In this document: piece by piece, positions 1 to 10,813 of the stretch
How positions within the stretch are numbered: the first letter of the stretch is position 1
Layout: the number at the start of each line of letters is the position of its first letter
Sequence record: SRR2962707_2659
Length of the DNA: 39,947 nucleotides
Direction: 5' to 3' (one strand)
Position numbers and translations under genes: made by a program
The notes under the pieces: model-generated
Databases searched by the model: none
What the model was told of the DNA's origin: nothing
The model's input: the letters and a program-made list of their open reading frames with translations, nothing else

Positions 1-31
1 CGAACTGGGGACACACGGATTATGATTCCGC
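1..31 (-). repeat. Left att site: displaced tRNA-Met(CAT) fragment (anticodon arm to T loop; truncated by window edge)
   Basis: Reverse complement GCGGAATCATAATCCGTGTGTCCCCAGTTCG = anticodon stem-loop with CAT plus T arm; no D arm or 5' acceptor follows on the element side. Confidence 0.88.
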
Positions 32-144
32 TTTAGCGCAAGATGGCCCAATGAGCGTCAACATTTTTAATCTATATATTCCAATAGCTTAATAGAATTT
101 GGGCTTTGTCGCCTATTGAGATTTATGGGCGAAATTTGATATTC

Positions 145-167
145 AGTGTGCCCAGAGTGTGCCCAGA
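145..167 (+). promoter_or_regulatory. Integrase-1 arm-type site (tandem 11-bp repeat)
   Basis: AGTGTGCCCAGAGTGTGCCCAGA; 22/23 identical to 39851-39873 at the other end. Confidence 0.8.
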
Positions 168-200
168 AATCGTCTGGAGCCCCACCACAAGAGGCACAGA

Positions 201-1349
201 ATGGCCAACATCCAGAAGCGCGAGCGCAAGGACGGGACGACCTACCGCGCCCAGGTCCGCATCAAAGGCTTCCCTCCTCAGCAAAAGACCTTCAAGCGCC
301 TGACGGACGCGAAGATGTGGGCCCAGCAGACGGAAGCCGCCATTCGCCGGGGCGAGCTACAGGCCGTTGCCAAGATCACGGCCAACAAGACGCTGGCGGA
401 CGCCATCGACCGTTACCGCAATGAAATCATGCCCCGGAAGACAATCGGCACCCAGCGGTCTGAGAAATCGCATCTGGCCTACTGGGAAGCCGCGCTAGGT
501 GAATACGGCCTCACCTATATCGAGCCGGAAATGATCAGCCGGAAGCTGGCCGCGCTGGCAAAAGAGAAGCGCATAAAAAAAGGCGACAAACCCGGCCACC
601 CTTCCGGCGGCGTGCGTAGCCTTCGCACGATCAAATACTATCAGGACACCCTCTTCACGGTGTTCAAATATGCCCGACAGTGGCAATGGACGCGCCAGAA
701 CCCGGTAGGTGAGATTGAGAAGATCACCAAGCTGCGGAATGAGCGCGTGCGCTTTCTATCGGATGAAGAGCGTGCTGCCCTTCTCACGGCCTGCAAGGCC
801 AGTGTGAACAAGCATCTCTATCCGATTGTCATCTTCGCTCTCTCCACCGGCGCGCGCAGGGGCGAAGTCCTTGGCCTGATGCTGGAAGACCTCGATCTCA
901 AACGGGGTATGGCTGTGCTTCGGAACACCAAGAACGGCGATACCCGCTCCGTGCCCGTCGTGCACCACCTCAAAGAGCTGATGACGCAGCAGGTGAAAGC
1001 CATCAACAAGCTCTATGACGGCTTAGAGCTTCCCAAGCACGGTCGCCTGCTCTTCGCCCGCAGCGACGGCAAGGCCCCTATTGAACTGAACCGCGCTTGG
1101 TACAACGCGCTGGAGAGAGCGAACCTCAAGGACTTCCGCTTCCATGATCTGCGGCACAGCACAGCGAGCTACCTGGCCATGAGCGGAGCCAGCCAGTTGG
1201 AGATTGCGGCCGTTCTCGGCCACAAAACACTCCAAATGGTGAAGCGCTACGCGCACCTGTCCGAAAATCACACCCGCGACGTGGTGACAAAGATGAATGA
1301 GAAGATTTTCTGCCGTCTACAGAAAAACAAAGCAGCACCAACAACTTAA
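201..1349 (+). CDS. int: Tyrosine integrase 1 (tRNA-Met targeting), 382 aa
   Basis: ATG 201 after GAGG; N-terminal arm-binding-like domain; catalytic TGARRGE, TKNG, HDLRH, LGH, RYAH. Confidence 0.95.
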   Translation: MANIQKRERKDGTTYRAQVRIKGFPPQQKTFKRLTDAKMWAQQTEAAIRRGELQAVAKITANKTLADAIDRYRNEIMPRKTIGTQRSEKSHLAYWEAALGEYGLTYIEPEMISRKLAALAKEKRIKKGDKPGHPSGGVRSLRTIKYYQDTLFTVFKYARQWQWTRQNPVGEIEKITKLRNERVRFLSDEERAALLTACKASVNKHLYPIVIFALSTGARRGEVLGLMLEDLDLKRGMAVLRNTKNGDTRSVPVVHHLKELMTQQVKAINKLYDGLELPKHGRLLFARSDGKAPIELNRAWYNALERANLKDFRFHDLRHSTASYLAMSGASQLEIAAVLGHKTLQMVKRYAHLSENHTRDVVTKMNEKIFCRLQKNKAAPTT

Positions 1350-1449
1350 AAGAAATTTCTAGACTTTTTCAGCTTGCTTCATATCTTCCTAGCAAGACTC
1401 TTCTCCTTTTCCCTCTCTCGCTTTTTTCCCAAAAGAGGGATCATGAAAA

Positions 1450-1665
1450 TTGGTCAATTACGAAGAACTGCGGACGGTGAAGCAACTGGCCGCTGAGGCA
1501 CAGTTCGTCACCGAGGCAAAACTGCGCTGGTGGATTTTCCACGCGGACACAAACGGTCTCAACGCTGCCCTGATCAAGATCGGCGGGCGCGTCTATATCG
1601 ACCGGGCGGAGTTCAACAAGTGGCTTGAGGCCCAGCGCCTCGCCCCGAAAGCCTCCGCCGCCTAA
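1450..1665 (+). CDS. Putative excisionase / recombination directionality factor 1
   Basis: 71-aa basic wHTH-like protein (TVKQL..LRWWIF..IGGRVYID..FNKWL) right after integrase; TTG start 9 nt after GAGGGA. Confidence 0.8.
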   Translation: MVNYEELRTVKQLAAEAQFVTEAKLRWWIFHADTNGLNAALIKIGGRVYIDRAEFNKWLEAQRLAPKASAA

Positions 1666-1692
1666 CGGCGTAAACAACTGGCCGTCCACAGA

Positions 1693-1723
1693 GCCCCGCC
1701 CTTACCGGCGGGGCCTTTAATTT
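1693..1723 (+). terminator. Intrinsic terminator after excisionase 1
   Basis: GCCCCGCC-CTTACC-GGCGGGGC followed by CTTTAATTT, between convergent genes. Confidence 0.65.
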
Positions 1724-1763
1724 CAACAAGTGACAAATTTGAAGTGGGTTAGAACACCAGCGA

Positions 1764-3905
1764 TTAGGCTTGTATGCGCCCCACGCCAACATCCTGCATG
1801 CGGAAATAACCTGTCAGAGGTGTACGATCAGCATCCCAACCTGGCGGGGTGCCACCATTCAAAGCCGCGCGGCACAGAAGGTTGTTTCCGGCAATACATG
1901 CGACTTCCGGTGCCATAATGCAGGCAGGGCAGGCACCCCCGCGCTGGTCGCATAGACTTCCCCCATCGCATTTAAGCGACCGCTCCCAAAGAAGCTGTTC
2001 AAGGACGGTTAGGCCATGATTGCGCCACATAGCAGACAAATTACCTAGATCAGGTGTCATCCCGCGGCGATACACTAGAAAAGCAAGATCAGCGGGAAAA
2101 AGATATTCCCCGACCGATCCATGCTCCAGCCCCGAGTACTCGACAACTGTATGGGCAAAATGGTGCGCCATCGTGTGAAGTAGAAGATATACGTAGCTAG
2201 GCACCGACCGAGCAGTACGGGCTTCAGCAGTTCTCTCTTTGTAGTTTTCGAGGAAGCGTCCAAAGTCGGCGTACTCCTCAATCAACAGACCACCCAGACG
2301 CATACCGTCGCGAGGAGGCAGGTTTTCATCCAACCCGTTCTGAACTAGCCACTCGACAACTCTTTGCTCATTCAATCGGACATAAAAGCCTTCGTTCTTC
2401 TGTTCAAGAACGTAGATCGGCCTCTTGTTCTTCTCGACACGGCCAAAAGCGCAAAGCCGCACAGGCATTTCCCGTTCTTTGACCGTGGTTGTGGGCGTGG
2501 AAGCAACGCGTGTATAACCAAAGCTAAATTCACAAATATCGAGTTCTCGCAACAGAACCAACTCTTCCACGCCAAGTCGTGTAAGCTCTGCCTGTGCCTG
2601 CGCCGTATACGCATCTCGCGCCGCCACATCGTCAGTATCGATATCACAGGCCTCAGGATTAAGAGTCGAAATGGCGGGTAGGCTCGGGTCAGTACCCTGC
2701 CGCTCGATCACTTCGGAGCGAAGTGATGCGTGCTCAATCGCCAAACGGATCGGGTTGTAGCGCCTCGCCCAGTCTTGGTTTCTCTCGACCTGCTGCGTCA
2801 GCACCGGCGACTGCTGATGTTGCTTTGCAATCAACCCGTTTGCTTCAAACGCCGCGCGCTTCTCAGCCAGCTGCTTGTCAATAACCGGCTTCTGTTCAGG
2901 GGGAAGCTTGGCGGCGATGTCGGCGAGTTGCTTGTACTCATTGGCCTCAGACGCGCGGCCATTTTCTTGCAGTTGCCGTATCACTTCTTCTTGTGTGAGT
3001 GGTGTTCCGGGAAAGTCGTATAGTTTCATTAGGCGGACGATCAAGTCTGAGCGCCGAGCAGTGCTCAACAGACTTGTAACCTCGGTATCGCGGAACAGAA
3101 TGAAACTGTCTGTTTGTGCATAAAAGACGGATGACGCTCGATAAGAGACCGGGAGCATATTCCATTCTTTTGGAAGATTACCTCGGCCAGCGTCCATACC
3201 AGGTTTAAGCAGTTTTAGCGTTTCGTGATCAGCCTGAACAACATCCTTCGGCGTCAGACATTTTACACATTGAAACTTCCAATCACCGAAAAATGGGGAA
3301 GATTTTGTGACGAGGCGGTACTCGGCATGACCGCAGTTTTGACATTTCTTGATCTGGCTGACGCGACCATCGGGGCCCATAACCCAACGATGCGGACTGA
3401 GACCAGCGTAGCTCCCCGACCAATGGGCAAAAACAACGTCAAGCTGACGCCAACTATGGCGGTTGGATTCAGATTTTTCGCAATCCGTGCGCTTCTCAGC
3501 TACCGGCCACCGGCGGCGAAGGTCTTCTAGACTCTCAAACTCTATCAAGAGCCCACAGTCAGAACATGTGAAGACAAGCGGGTCTGGAACGAAACCAATT
3601 CTGCTCGGCTGATTGAGCATGAATCTACCAGAATCGACGATTGGTTCCTCTTTGTAGTCTCTAAACGCCGCGTCCAAGCACTGTTCTGCCAAGACTTCAG
3701 GGCGCGCGCGGGAGCGCATGGCACGCTCGAACCATGTTTTGACATATTCATCTAGATGCTCAAAAAGCTGCTTCTGGATTGCCTGCGACGATGGAGTGTA
3801 TGGAGCCGAGACCGGAACGGCTACGCAGCAGCCCAGACCACCCTCATATGTAAATAGGGCGCCGGGTGCGTATGAAGTAGCTATCTGTGTACGTGATCTC
3901 TGCAT
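1764..3905 (-). CDS. DUF1998 (MrfA-type Zn-binding) protein, DISARM DrmB-like, 713 aa
   Basis: C-terminal HTMAHH motif and Cys cluster CDGGSLC..ACPAC..C..NNLL; N-terminal YAPGAL and CxxC pairs; 6 bp downstream of helicase. Confidence 0.85.
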   Translation of the reverse strand: MQRSRTQIATSYAPGALFTYEGGLGCCVAVPVSAPYTPSSQAIQKQLFEHLDEYVKTWFERAMRSRARPEVLAEQCLDAAFRDYKEEPIVDSGRFMLNQPSRIGFVPDPLVFTCSDCGLLIEFESLEDLRRRWPVAEKRTDCEKSESNRHSWRQLDVVFAHWSGSYAGLSPHRWVMGPDGRVSQIKKCQNCGHAEYRLVTKSSPFFGDWKFQCVKCLTPKDVVQADHETLKLLKPGMDAGRGNLPKEWNMLPVSYRASSVFYAQTDSFILFRDTEVTSLLSTARRSDLIVRLMKLYDFPGTPLTQEEVIRQLQENGRASEANEYKQLADIAAKLPPEQKPVIDKQLAEKRAAFEANGLIAKQHQQSPVLTQQVERNQDWARRYNPIRLAIEHASLRSEVIERQGTDPSLPAISTLNPEACDIDTDDVAARDAYTAQAQAELTRLGVEELVLLRELDICEFSFGYTRVASTPTTTVKEREMPVRLCAFGRVEKNKRPIYVLEQKNEGFYVRLNEQRVVEWLVQNGLDENLPPRDGMRLGGLLIEEYADFGRFLENYKERTAEARTARSVPSYVYLLLHTMAHHFAHTVVEYSGLEHGSVGEYLFPADLAFLVYRRGMTPDLGNLSAMWRNHGLTVLEQLLWERSLKCDGGSLCDQRGGACPACIMAPEVACIAGNNLLCRAALNGGTPPGWDADRTPLTGYFRMQDVGVGRIQA

Positions 3906-3911
3906 CTACTT

Positions 3912-6900
3912 TTACCCTTCACCTGCATCGGCATCGAGTTCACTCACGCGCCCAATTTGGCGTCTGACGATACGCAGTGCTTCGGCAATCAGTTCTTTGT
4001 CCTCTGTCCCTTTGGCTTTGGATGAACCAAAAGGCCTGGCGGCCAAGAAACGCCCTGCCTCATCTATATCGCGCAGGGACATCATTGGACGCTGACCGAC
4101 CGGCGCCCCTTCCCAGTAGTCGCTGAGCAGGGTCGTAGTGTTCTCAGTGCGGAATTCATCAGTTAATTGCTTCGCAAGATTCCGAATACGGTTGTCGTAG
4201 TACTCAGAATGCGGTGCCGCACCGATACCGTTAGCGCCTCGTCCAGGCACACCAAGGGCCAGAACGGCAAATTCCATGAAGTCTTTGGCTGCACCAGGAA
4301 GGTCCGAACCGGTCATCAGGCGATTTACATCATTGACGGTGTTAAAGATCGGAGCGCGATCCTTGTCGTCATCTGCTCGCTCCATGAACAGCTTCTGCTC
4401 AGCCCACCCACAAAGCCACGCTTGAAAGAGGCTGGTTAGAACCCGATCCTGCGCGCTTGCTGCCCACCGCGTGATGGCCGGTGGCGCAATCATTCTCTCC
4501 AAGAAACGATGGAAAACATCATGCGTTTCGACGATATATCTGTCTCGACGTGCGTGCGGCGTGGGAATAAGCAGGCTAAAGCCAACATGAGTACGGCCCA
4601 CACGAGAGGAAGCCTGAATAAACTCGGCAATGTCATTGGGCATTCCCGCAAAGAACATCGCGTTGAACTTGTCCACATCAACTCCGTGAGAAATTGCGGA
4701 GGTGGCAACAATATTACGCAGTAACTGCTCTAAGCTGGGGAAAGGTTCACCGGGGCCGCTTCCCGCTTCGGCTTCCCGCATAATTTCCTGAATCTGGGCG
4801 ACATCAACGCCACCGGAAATCAAGCGCGTATGAACTTGCGTGAGCGTCCGAGAATATCGGCGGTGAAGTTTTGCCACCTCTTCTCTGAAAGCATCAATGA
4901 CCTGATCGCCGCCTTTTTTGTTTGTTACATAGGTCAGTGATATGCGCATGAGGTCCAGAAGAGAGGGCAGAATGCTGGTATCCCGTTTTGCACAATCGCG
5001 GATCGCCCTCGCGTGAAAACCCGATAACGGAGTGCCAACACTGAGGGCGCTCAAGATACGGTCGACAGCGACATCGCGGCGCTCGCTACCGAGCAAATCC
5101 TGCCAAAGCTCCGTTATGGCGAGGTGGTATGCCGCAAGGACAGCAACCGTCGTAACGGTATGATTGCGCCCGTTGGTCATGATCGATGCATATACACGCA
5201 TCCACGGCGCTTCTACTTCCGGGGCACGAGGACCGCCACCCCCAAGACCACGCCGTTGTGGGTCAGATGGCACCGCTGGAACGGCGTAAAAAGATCGGTA
5301 AATTGAGGTTCCCGGATAGGGGAAATGCATATGGCGGCGTTGATATAAAGCGCCAAACTGTTGCTGCGGCACACTCACCGTTGCAGTCGCAGCTACCACC
5401 TTCGGGAGGCGGACTGATTTCGATCCGTAAGGGCTGCGCGCGACTCGATCTCCCAGAAGATCGGACGCTCGTACGAACAATTGTTCCAAAATGGTTTCGA
5501 AGAGCCCCGCAAAAGTCCCGAGACTTTCTTCAAGCAAATGCGCTTCATCTTGAATTATCAGAGACGGGAATGGGTCTGAAAATACCTCGCGACCGTCCTT
5601 GTATGCCGGAGCAAGCGGCTCACAGCCATTCGCAGCAGGCCCCTCTTTGAGCATTTTCCGGGAAGGCATCACAAGGCGGCCTGTCTCGCGTTCCTGCCAA
5701 CGAGCTAGGCCAAACATACTCATCACGCGATTAATGGTGGCCGGATGCTGGCCGATCAAGGCCAGCTTATCAATGACCCCAAGCAACACGGACGGCGCGT
5801 GGCGATAAATGTCCCGATCAACGATTAGGAACGGGAGCGCACTTCCGTCTGTCTCCCGATTCCATGCACAAGACTTATTGAAGCAAACAGTAGCGATTTC
5901 CTCGCCTGTGACATAGGAAATGCGCCTTAGTCCTGTATCCTCCTTGCAAATCGGACAAGCGGGAATCTTATTGAAGCTTTCATTGACCTCACGGTAGTCC
6001 GATCTGAGATTATCGTCATTCTGGTGCTTGGGGTCTTCGAGACGAGGAACAGGATCAAGCCGTGGGTCATCCGATCGGTTCGGCGTATTGCCTTTACCGA
6101 CCCAGAACCCGATCTCAAAAGGCTGCCCTCCGATCGCGGTACGGCGGCGGAACAGTTCCGCGCGCATGAGCAACGCGAGCAACCGTTGCGCTTGTTGAAG
6201 GGTCAGCAACCTCAAAGGATACCGTATGAGTGCAGTGACGCCGGTATTCTTCCCGCGCAAACGATCAAGGAAGAGATTAAAGATCAAAAGGCCGAAGAAC
6301 GCTTCAGACTTGCCACCACCAGTCGGAAAATACAGAAGGGTCGCCGTTTCCTCATCAAACTCCGGATCGAACCAAGGGCTTTTTGTGTACGCCGCCATTC
6401 GCGACGCAACTGTCGGGATATGCGCAAGAACAAATGCCATTTGAAAGAGTCGCCAGCTCTCTATTCCACGGGCCCTGCCGGCATCCTCGAAAGTCTTGTT
6501 AAGAAGCAACCAGGCCCTGTAGGGAAGTGCTTCGGGGCACGTTGAATCACCTTTGAAGTGTGTGTAAGAAAATTCGAGAAGCTCAATGCCCAAGGCGATC
6601 CGCTGTGCTTCGCGCCTGTAACTAGCAATGTCCTGTCGAAACTTTTCCCGCTCCCGGTCAGCTTCGCCACTGTCAATCACACCATGTGCGGGATCGATGC
6701 TCCCTTCTTCTCCGGCAATCCATTCACTGTAAGCATCCACAAACGGACGAAGTCTTACCGGGTCGAAGCCATCAGCACCAAGCACGTTGAACTGCGTTGG
6801 CACATCTTCAATCTCGTTTGGCACAATGCGCGGTTGTTGGTAACGCGGCATCCAGGTCGTAGCGAGATGCAGGCGCTCACCTTCACGTGATTCAACAACA

Positions 6901-8159
6901 CCGCAGTTAATGCCAATCGCCGGATAAGAGAGAAAGTCACGGAACCGGTACGACGCTTCCACCCGGTCGAGATTTAACGGGCGGTGGACGGCAGCCGGGA
7001 GGTCAATGGCAAGCCGAACTTGATGAATGGCGTGTTCGAAACGCTCACGCCTCCGCTTGGCAACATCCTTGCTATTGTTCTCAAGTATAACCCGCAGGTT
7101 GTTGCGGCGCTTATCTCGAAGATCGCTGTCAATCTGAATGACGAGCAACAAGCCGTCTAGGTTAGGGGCTACATCATTGATTGCAGGCATCGTCTTGCGG
7201 AGGTCTTCCAGAAACGAATTCCAGGTTTGCTCTGAACGGTAATGGCTAGGCCTAACTGGGGCGGGCCTGTAAGCCCACATCCGGCCCTCGTCACTTTCCA
7301 GCCACACTTTCACCGTCTGCGCGACCGCGCGTCTCATAGTATTTTTCGTCCACTCATCGACGATGGCTTGCAGCCCTACACCGTCCGAAAGCTCCAGCGA
7401 CAGCGGAGGAAGGTCTATTGAGAGACGCCGCCACTTTTGCGGAATGTCTGTCTCCTGAGCCGCCTGGTCGTTCTCGAAAATATATCGGCCACGCTGCGCG
7501 CGAAGGCGTCCGGCTTCGTTGCCCAAGGCATCATTCTGCCCATCCCCGCCTGCCTCTGGCCCATGTCCATCCGACGTATCGGCTGTTTCCTCTGAATCAG
7601 CGATCCACCCGTCGTCAGACAATGTCACTCCATGCTCAGCAAGTAGTGCCCGAAATATTTCCTGTTGAAGGTCGCGCTGAGACTGCCTTTCGTCTTCGGA
7701 TTTTTCAGCTTCTTTTGCCTTAACAGCGGCAAAGCGGGACTTCATTTCGTCCCGAATATGCTTCTCAAGCTCTTTGCGAATGGGCGGGTTCGGAAACAGA
7801 TCCAATTCTGGTCGGTTTAACTCTTCCCAGTCCGGCAGCGCGCGCACATAAATTGCAAAGTCGATCTTGATACGAAACTGCCCCTGCGCATCGGCGGCGA
7901 TCTGCAAGTCGATACCATGCGTGCTCAGGTGAATGTCGGATGTTTCGTCCTCTTGGCCGGTTTCCTCATATCGTGGCAAGAGAAATCCGGAGACAAACCG
8001 TAGCGATGGCTTCGCACCGAAAACAGTCATTCCATCAATGCCAGAACCGCTAGCCCGCTCCCAGGTCAAGTTGAGCAACGCATCGACAAGCCCCTCTTTT
8101 GCGTCGGCCAAGCGAGTGGCAATATCCGGGTCAACTTTTCTAAGATCAGCAACTCTCAT
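3912..8159 (-). CDS. SF2 helicase, DISARM DrmA-like, 1415 aa
   Basis: WRLFQ, PTGGGKSE, YPLRLLT, DEAH, ATAT, ATSAISHGVDV, QASSRVGR; start moved to ATG 8159 (ATGA overlap with upstream stop, GAGG RBS). Confidence 0.88.
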   Translation of the reverse strand: MRVADLRKVDPDIATRLADAKEGLVDALLNLTWERASGSGIDGMTVFGAKPSLRFVSGFLLPRYEETGQEDETSDIHLSTHGIDLQIAADAQGQFRIKIDFAIYVRALPDWEELNRPELDLFPNPPIRKELEKHIRDEMKSRFAAVKAKEAEKSEDERQSQRDLQQEIFRALLAEHGVTLSDDGWIADSEETADTSDGHGPEAGGDGQNDALGNEAGRLRAQRGRYIFENDQAAQETDIPQKWRRLSIDLPPLSLELSDGVGLQAIVDEWTKNTMRRAVAQTVKVWLESDEGRMWAYRPAPVRPSHYRSEQTWNSFLEDLRKTMPAINDVAPNLDGLLLVIQIDSDLRDKRRNNLRVILENNSKDVAKRRRERFEHAIHQVRLAIDLPAAVHRPLNLDRVEASYRFRDFLSYPAIGINCGVVESREGERLHLATTWMPRYQQPRIVPNEIEDVPTQFNVLGADGFDPVRLRPFVDAYSEWIAGEEGSIDPAHGVIDSGEADREREKFRQDIASYRREAQRIALGIELLEFSYTHFKGDSTCPEALPYRAWLLLNKTFEDAGRARGIESWRLFQMAFVLAHIPTVASRMAAYTKSPWFDPEFDEETATLLYFPTGGGKSEAFFGLLIFNLFLDRLRGKNTGVTALIRYPLRLLTLQQAQRLLALLMRAELFRRRTAIGGQPFEIGFWVGKGNTPNRSDDPRLDPVPRLEDPKHQNDDNLRSDYREVNESFNKIPACPICKEDTGLRRISYVTGEEIATVCFNKSCAWNRETDGSALPFLIVDRDIYRHAPSVLLGVIDKLALIGQHPATINRVMSMFGLARWQERETGRLVMPSRKMLKEGPAANGCEPLAPAYKDGREVFSDPFPSLIIQDEAHLLEESLGTFAGLFETILEQLFVRASDLLGDRVARSPYGSKSVRLPKVVAATATVSVPQQQFGALYQRRHMHFPYPGTSIYRSFYAVPAVPSDPQRRGLGGGGPRAPEVEAPWMRVYASIMTNGRNHTVTTVAVLAAYHLAITELWQDLLGSERRDVAVDRILSALSVGTPLSGFHARAIRDCAKRDTSILPSLLDLMRISLTYVTNKKGGDQVIDAFREEVAKLHRRYSRTLTQVHTRLISGGVDVAQIQEIMREAEAGSGPGEPFPSLEQLLRNIVATSAISHGVDVDKFNAMFFAGMPNDIAEFIQASSRVGRTHVGFSLLIPTPHARRDRYIVETHDVFHRFLERMIAPPAITRWAASAQDRVLTSLFQAWLCGWAEQKLFMERADDDKDRAPIFNTVNDVNRLMTGSDLPGAAKDFMEFAVLALGVPGRGANGIGAAPHSEYYDNRIRNLAKQLTDEFRTENTTTLLSDYWEGAPVGQRPMMSLRDIDEAGRFLAARPFGSSKAKGTEDKELIAEALRIVRRQIGRVSELDADAGEG

Positions 8160-10813
8160 AGCTGCGCCTCCGACACATTGGACACAACCGTTACAACATG
8201 GTGCTCGGCTGTCTCGTAGATACGCCATACGTCGTGCCGCCGCTCTTCGGACAAACGCGATGCTGTGCCATGAGGATCAATAAGGATACCCATGAAAACT
8301 TGATGAAATGAGGCTCCGCTCCGTATTCGCATCGACCGTGTCCAGAATATTCCCCAGTCCCAGTAGTGTCGCGCAACGTCCTCGCTTACTCCAAGCGCAC
8401 GCATAAAGCATAGATAGTGACGCCGATCCCTAGGAGCCTGCGGCTTGACCTCATTCCGTGGCGCGCCAAGAAGATCAGCGACATCTATCCAATGCCGGAT
8501 AGCTTGAATCGTCGGCAGATTCAGAGACGGATCGAGTTTCATCATGCGCTCGCGAAGTGCGGACGCCTTCCCGGTCATGTCGGCACCGGGCAGCGAGAGC
8601 GCTGCGTCGACAACCGCTTTATGATAAAGTGGCAGAATCTCTGAGGCGTTGGCTGAGAGATTTAGTTTTTCCCGGGCCATCCCAACAAAATCCGGACTGA
8701 ACACACAAATCTGATCCCCTGGGACCAAGTCCTTGGCCAATTTTCGCGAGAAGACTTGTAAGGCTTCCGAATCGTATGCGGCGACTTCCGTCCCATCGAA
8801 AGCCTTGATCTGTAGATCGCCTGTTGTAGCAATGACGCGCGGTGTGCCGGAGCCTGGCGTAGCAGACGTCGTCAGGTCAAGTGTACCGAGACGTGGTACC
8901 GACGGCTCGGCGTCAAAATCAGGAACTTCAATAACTCGCCCTTCCAACGCGCGTTCAAATTCATCTTTAACAACATTCAGCTTTTCCAGGATTGCCTCGG
9001 CACCTTCGAGGCCACGCAAGATGCGGACGCGCCGAAGCGTCTGCTCGGCCAATGCAAGATTCGATAAAACAACAACTTTGTCAGGCACCCATGGCCGCAT
9101 GAGGACATGAAGAAGATCATCCGAATACGGCTCAACGAAAACAATTCTTTGGAAGAGTTTCTGTTCTTGTTGGTCAAGTTCCAGCTCTTCAATTGCCTCG
9201 CGACGGTCGACGAACAACAGTTTCCGGCCAAGTTTTGGTTGAACTTGAGATAGCGCCGGGTCAGTTTCAACGCGCCACTCGGCAAATCCACGCAAAAGTT
9301 CGCTGGAAAAGACGACAATGGATTTTGTTGATTTCTGAGTCAGCCCCTTTACGCAATCGTCAAATAATTTTCGCCCTGGATTGCGGTCCGCCGCTATTTT
9401 GCAGAGCTTGTCATACGCTTCGAGAAACTGTGAGAGCTTCTTGTGATTGATTCCCGCAAGGCCCTGCTGAAGCGCCACTTTGATCTTACTCCGGGGCGCC
9501 AAATGGTCGTACCGCGCACCCATGCTGTGCCGTTCATACCCTTCATAGTTTTCAGCGAGAAAATCGTGAAACTGCCGCGGTGATCCGGGAAGACCAATAA
9601 GATTCTGTACGACCTGCATTGCCGTCGTAACGGCATCAGCAATCTCTTCGTCACCTGAATTGAGAAGCGACTTCCGGAGCCCCAGAGCAAATTCAACAAT
9701 TTTGAGAATATCAGAACCGTACACCTCAGCTGTGAACTCTGCTAAAGTGCCTTGCACCACAGGTTCTTGATCCAAAGGGTCGGGCTTGGTGTTGAGAACA
9801 AGACGGGCGGCGGTCGGTCTCTTCGAAGTTCGCTCTGCACCACGACGGACGTCATAGTCCTTTATAATCTCCCACCGAAGTGCTTCCAGAACAAATGCAT
9901 CATCTGTAACCGCCAAGACTGGCGGCACCTTATCTGTATACAGATCATTTAGCAGGCTTAGAAAGCGCCTTACCGGCTGCCGCCACTTCTTCCGGTCTAG
10001 ACGATTGCGACCACGGCGCGTCAGATCAAGTAAAACAACGTCGGGCAAGCGACCTCCATGTCGCGGATCAAGACCCGCGAGTTGAAGCTGCTTGATGCGC
10101 ACCGCATCGGCGTGAACTCCGAAAAGAAAGAAAGGCGCTCGGCGGGAATCGGCAGCGGCCTCTATATGTTTTGGTTGCTCGCCAATCCAGGTATGACGCC
10201 GTAGTCGCCGAAGAAACTGGTCATCATACGGACGCAACCCAGAATTCTGAACACCGTGCTGAGGCGTAATCTCAAATAGCGAGGGGTGTATGAGACCGGG
10301 GTTTGTCTTTAGCGCCTTCCTGAACCTCGTGTCGGGTTTCCCGCTCACAAAAAGATGTTTGACGCTATGCAAAGCCATGAGATAGCCAAACGCTGGATGC
10401 TGATTCACGTTCAATACCCGGTTGAGCGCTGGCAACGTGGCCTTCCAAATATAATCCCGATCTACAAGCAGCGTCCTTTGAGTACCCCCCGTCCCCCGGC
10501 TCCAGGGAAAAAAGAGGGTTGCGAAACCGGAGCTGTCGCACTCTGCAATACGATTAAGCGCGGCCAATGCGTGAAATACAGCGACGCCGTCAGGCCGTTG
10601 CGGCCAAAGAAGAAGAACTTCACTCCTTCCAGACTCCATGGCGCCTTCGAATGCGCGCAACACCTCCTCGGTCGGCTTGCCAAGAGCAAGCTCCACATCT
10701 GGATCGCTTGGACGACGGAAGATAATGTCGGCGACCTGAGCCGATGTGTTTCCAGAATTGATCGGCTCTCCAGGTGGAGAAGCGGTGAAAACCTGCTGAC
10801 TATCCGACATCAC
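8156..10813 (-). CDS. Large protein of unknown function in defence operon (possibly DrmE-like), 885 aa
   Basis: Long ORF overlapping both neighbours; no catalytic motif recognised. Confidence 0.8.
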   Translation of the reverse strand: MMSDSQQVFTASPPGEPINSGNTSAQVADIIFRRPSDPDVELALGKPTEEVLRAFEGAMESGRSEVLLLWPQRPDGVAVFHALAALNRIAECDSSGFATLFFPWSRGTGGTQRTLLVDRDYIWKATLPALNRVLNVNQHPAFGYLMALHSVKHLFVSGKPDTRFRKALKTNPGLIHPSLFEITPQHGVQNSGLRPYDDQFLRRLRRHTWIGEQPKHIEAAADSRRAPFFLFGVHADAVRIKQLQLAGLDPRHGGRLPDVVLLDLTRRGRNRLDRKKWRQPVRRFLSLLNDLYTDKVPPVLAVTDDAFVLEALRWEIIKDYDVRRGAERTSKRPTAARLVLNTKPDPLDQEPVVQGTLAEFTAEVYGSDILKIVEFALGLRKSLLNSGDEEIADAVTTAMQVVQNLIGLPGSPRQFHDFLAENYEGYERHSMGARYDHLAPRSKIKVALQQGLAGINHKKLSQFLEAYDKLCKIAADRNPGRKLFDDCVKGLTQKSTKSIVVFSSELLRGFAEWRVETDPALSQVQPKLGRKLLFVDRREAIEELELDQQEQKLFQRIVFVEPYSDDLLHVLMRPWVPDKVVVLSNLALAEQTLRRVRILRGLEGAEAILEKLNVVKDEFERALEGRVIEVPDFDAEPSVPRLGTLDLTTSATPGSGTPRVIATTGDLQIKAFDGTEVAAYDSEALQVFSRKLAKDLVPGDQICVFSPDFVGMAREKLNLSANASEILPLYHKAVVDAALSLPGADMTGKASALRERMMKLDPSLNLPTIQAIRHWIDVADLLGAPRNEVKPQAPRDRRHYLCFMRALGVSEDVARHYWDWGIFWTRSMRIRSGASFHQVFMGILIDPHGTASRLSEERRHDVWRIYETAEHHVVTVVSNVSEAQL

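Noticed and set aside
159-200. Longer N-terminus of integrase 1 from GTG 159
   Set aside because: This start lies inside the arm repeat; ATG 201 has an RBS and matches the MANI start of integrase 2
1730-1757. Third copy of the small-recombinase site (GTGACAAATTT)
   Set aside because: Only a partial half-site match, with no core or second arm
8160-8228. 23-aa N-terminal extension of the helicase
   Set aside because: It overlaps the upstream gene; ATG 8159 has an RBS and ATGA coupling
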